Origin: Utricularia gibba
Lineage: Eukaryota > Plantae > Magnoliophyta
DNA length: 64,000 nt
Assembly (NCBI GenBank): GCA_002189035.1
Contig: NEEC01000014.1
Coordinates: 1,364,001-1,428,000, forward strand
Direction of reading: 5' to 3'
Below the pieces are notes generated by a model. It made no database searches, was not told the origin of the DNA, and saw only the letters and a program-made list of their open reading frames with translations. The position numbers and the translations under genes were made by a program. Below, piece after piece: positions 60,883-64,000 of the stretch; position 1 is the first letter of the stretch; each line of letters starts with the position of its first letter.

Positions 60883-61772
60883 TTGGTTTTTCACTTAGAA
60901 AGTTCAGGTCATCTTCCAGCATTGTTTACTTGTGAACAACTTTATGGTACTCATGGATTCACATCCTACCTGTGATCGCTTTTATGCTATGTTTTCCTTC
61001 TGGAGCATGGATTCTCTTTCCCTGTGGTTTGACAACCCTAACACTGTTTAGTTTTTCTGTTAACGGAACCAAGTCAGAAAACAGGGCAGATGCGGCCATG
61101 TCCATGGACCTCTGCCAAGGTATGTTCAGAACTGGAAGTTTGGCAACACCACGCACAATTCACGTCATTCATTCATCACAAAAAAGAAAAATGTTTTTTA
61201 AAATAATGTATAATAAATATAATTAAAAAAATAAAAAAAAATAGACTGAGGATGACGTGTTTTAGGGTTACCAAAAGTAGGCGTTTACGGATGCGTGTCG
61301 CCGTCGGGCATTCAATCCTACGTGTGAACTAGCGTTTGACTTCAGTAGGGCGATGGAAGGAAACTCGTGTCGGGTCGGGTCATTGACCTGATGCTTGGTC
61401 TTCGGAGCAGTTGGTGCGGAGTGAGAGAGATGTTGTCTCTGTTCTCCCGGCTGGTTCCGGTCAGGTGTTGGGACATCTGTCCTTCCCCCGGCGTTTTTGC
61501 CGACGCGTATTTCAGCGTCAGGCTTGCTGGCGTGCAATTTTCCACCGGGAAAAAGGAAGGAAGTTTTCTTTTTTTCCACTCGGTGTTACGTCAAGATTCA
61601 GTCAACTGCTACTGCCATTTTCTCCTCAATTTCCCATGGGCATTATTATATCCCTTTCCTTGCTGCGGATGCTCCAGGGCCACCTTTCCTTTCTTCTTCT
61701 CGACTAGAAGGACCTGGACTCGGGACTCGGGAATCGCATCTTCTGTGCTTGGTTGGGTGAAACAGGGGCAAG

Positions 61773-63633
61773 ATGATGTGTTTCAACTTGTTCAAGAACA
61801 GGTCCGAGTCAGCTCCTGATTTGGGTGAAGGACGTGAACATGCATACGCTAACTCTAGGAAAACTCGTGCCTCCAAATCTGCTGGTTCTCTGGGTCGCAT
61901 TAGGGGGGGCGGGAAGAAATTGAGGGTTTTTTCTCTGTCGGAGCTCGCTGAAGCCACCTCCCATTTCAGCCGTTCGGTTGTGATCGGAAGGGGGGGTTTC
62001 GGGGATGTGTATAAAGGGGAATTTAAACCTGTGATCGGCCGTGCAGCTCCCCAAATGGTCGCGATCAAGAAGCTTAATTCGAGGGGATTTCAGGTACCCA
62101 CACCAATTCCTCTCTATGAGTTTAAATTGACTCGTGCAACTGTATTGGATTCTGAGTTCTGGTGTGGTTTCCTTCATCTGATGTCTTGAAACTCTTTCCA
62201 TGCTTTGAGCAACCAAGATGCAGTTGAGATATCAATATGTTGAGAACGTATGTGATCCAGTAGACTGACTGATGTTGTATTTTCTCAGGGGCATAAGCAG
62301 TGGGTTACAGAAGTTCGGTTTCTAGGAGTCCTTGATCATCCAAACCTTGTAAACCTCTTAGGATATTGTGCAGTGAATGGGGAACGAGGAATTCACAGGC
62401 TTTTGGTTTATGAGTATATGCCTAACAGGAGCTTGGAAGATCATCTCTTTAACCGCTCTGCCCCTGTTGTTAGTTGGATAACCAGACTCAAAATAATGCT
62501 TGGAGCAGCTCAAGGAATGGCCTATCTGCACGAAGGGCTCCAAACCCCAGTAATCATTTTGTTGCATATCGAAATTTTTCTATTTCCCTAGTTGATGTGG
62601 ATGGATTGTGATATGGTATATAGTATTTAAGGTAGTTGTACCACAGTTGGTGACATGATATTGAGCTTCTTCCCCCACAGATTTGATAGTATATCTGATT
62701 TGCAGAAGGCTTATAAGATCTTCATTTCTGAGTTTGAGATGGTGCAATCTGTGTGATTTCTCATCAGGTGATACATAGAGACTTCAAATCCTCTAATGTG
62801 CTACTGGACAAGGATTTCAATGCCAAGCTCTCTGACTTTGGGCTGGCAAGGGAGGGACCAACCGGTGATCAGACTCATGTCTCCACCGTGGTAAGTCAAG
62901 TATCTTCAGCTCCATATACTTAAACGGCATGTTAAAGCTTTCTCCAATAAAACGCTGCTTTGAAATATCCTTCCTATGGTTTCCATCTTCTTGCAGCATC
63001 AAGTTTTAGCTGTAGCCTAAGCTGTTTCTAGACATCTCAGTGTCCTGATAGTTTCTCAATATGAATCCATAAAAGATCACTTGATTCTTGAACTGCTTTT
63101 GGTTACTGCAGCCTGTTGGGACACATGGCTATGCTGCCCCAGAATATGCAGAAACGGGGCGTTTGACTGCCAAGAGCGATGTATATAGCTTCGGAGTTGT
63201 TTTGTATGAGATACTTACCGGAAGGCGTACACTGGAGAGAGACCTCCCATCACCAGAACAGAAGCTAATAGAATGGGTGAGGGAGTCCCCTCATGATACA
63301 AACCGGTTCATATGGATCATGGATCCACGCCTACAAAATGCATTCGACATACGAGCTGCAAGAAGAATTGCACAATTGGCAGACAAGTGCTTGAGCAAGA
63401 ATCCCAAAGACAGACCCGCCATGAGTGAAGTGGTAGAAATATTACAGCAAGCTTTGGAAGAATCAATGTTGAACCCCAGTTCTGTTCCAAGCAAATCACC
63501 CCACAGAAAGAATAGACCTGCTGCTGTTATTCCAGGAGGAAGGATACCCATCCTGCACAGGCAAGTGCACCTTCAGCCACATACACACTGCACAGCGCAC
63601 TCCTCCACAAAAACATCCCAAGGGATTTACTGA
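61773..63633 (+). CDS. Receptor-like cytoplasmic kinase VII (PBL19/PCRK-like); 4 coding exons
   Basis: MMCFNLFK; [12 protein letters not shown]; [12 protein letters not shown]|GHKQWVTEV; [10 protein letters not shown]; [12 protein letters not shown]; [10 protein letters not shown]; [13 protein letters not shown]. Confidence 0.92.
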
Positions 63634-64000
63634 GCTCTTTTGCTTCCTTCATGTTGGTACATTCTAGCTTTGGCATCTGAGGTTCCTGAGCTTCTTCTGA
63701 TTTGAATTCTTGTGGTTAATGACAGGCTTGAAGTGGAGTGATGGAGCTTCCAGATGCACATAACATAGGAAGTTAGGGACAGAATGGAAGCTTGCATGTT
63801 CCACATGTATGTTCTCTTCTGTTCATGTTTTTTTGTTTTTTTGTTTTTTTTCTGTTCAATCTCCATGTACACACTTCACATTTCGTGAATATTCTATCAA
63901 AATAAAGAGATGTACCAATTTCAAATGCGAAGTCTTCAAAACAAGGATCATCATATACAATGGCTAACGTGCAGGAATACCATACCAGAACACATTATTT

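Overview
Gene-dense plant nuclear DNA (eudicot-like), not prokaryotic. I can support 23 protein-coding genes and 1 decayed pseudogene in 64 kb, about one gene per 2.7 kb, with mostly 75-130 nt introns and short AT-rich spacers. This suggests a miniaturised genome such as Lentibulariaceae (Utricularia/Genlisea); that is inference only. Gene order: CDI, XRCC1, GT4 glycosyltransferase, secreted thionin-like 12-Cys peptide, NUP50, trihelix TF, SFGH, DUF89 phosphatase, NFS1, HsfB2, IQD, transportin-1, MoCo-sulfurase-like PLP enzyme, NRS/ER pseudogene, TVP38/VTT protein, BASS5/6, DUF863, IRKI-like, DUF1442, oligopeptidase-B-like, RPL3, PGSIP7/8, proteasome beta-3, RLCK-VII kinase. Six otherwise intact genes each carry a single-base deletion that can be placed in a G/C run, which is most likely an assembly artefact. 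I found no rRNA, tRNA, CRISPR array or intact transposon, and I cannot demonstrate a new multi-gene system. Best leads: (i) an oligopeptidase-B homologue lacking the catalytic Asp and His; (ii) an intronless, probably retroposed DUF89 gene with a 5'UTR intron; (iii) a thionin-like secreted peptide in an AT-rich island; (iv) a genuine NRS/ER pseudogene; (v) a multi-hairpin non-coding element with a duplicated motif at 32.9-33.1 kb; (vi) an unexplained coding-like exon at the left edge. Family names and homologue comparisons are from memory of conserved motifs; no database search was run.
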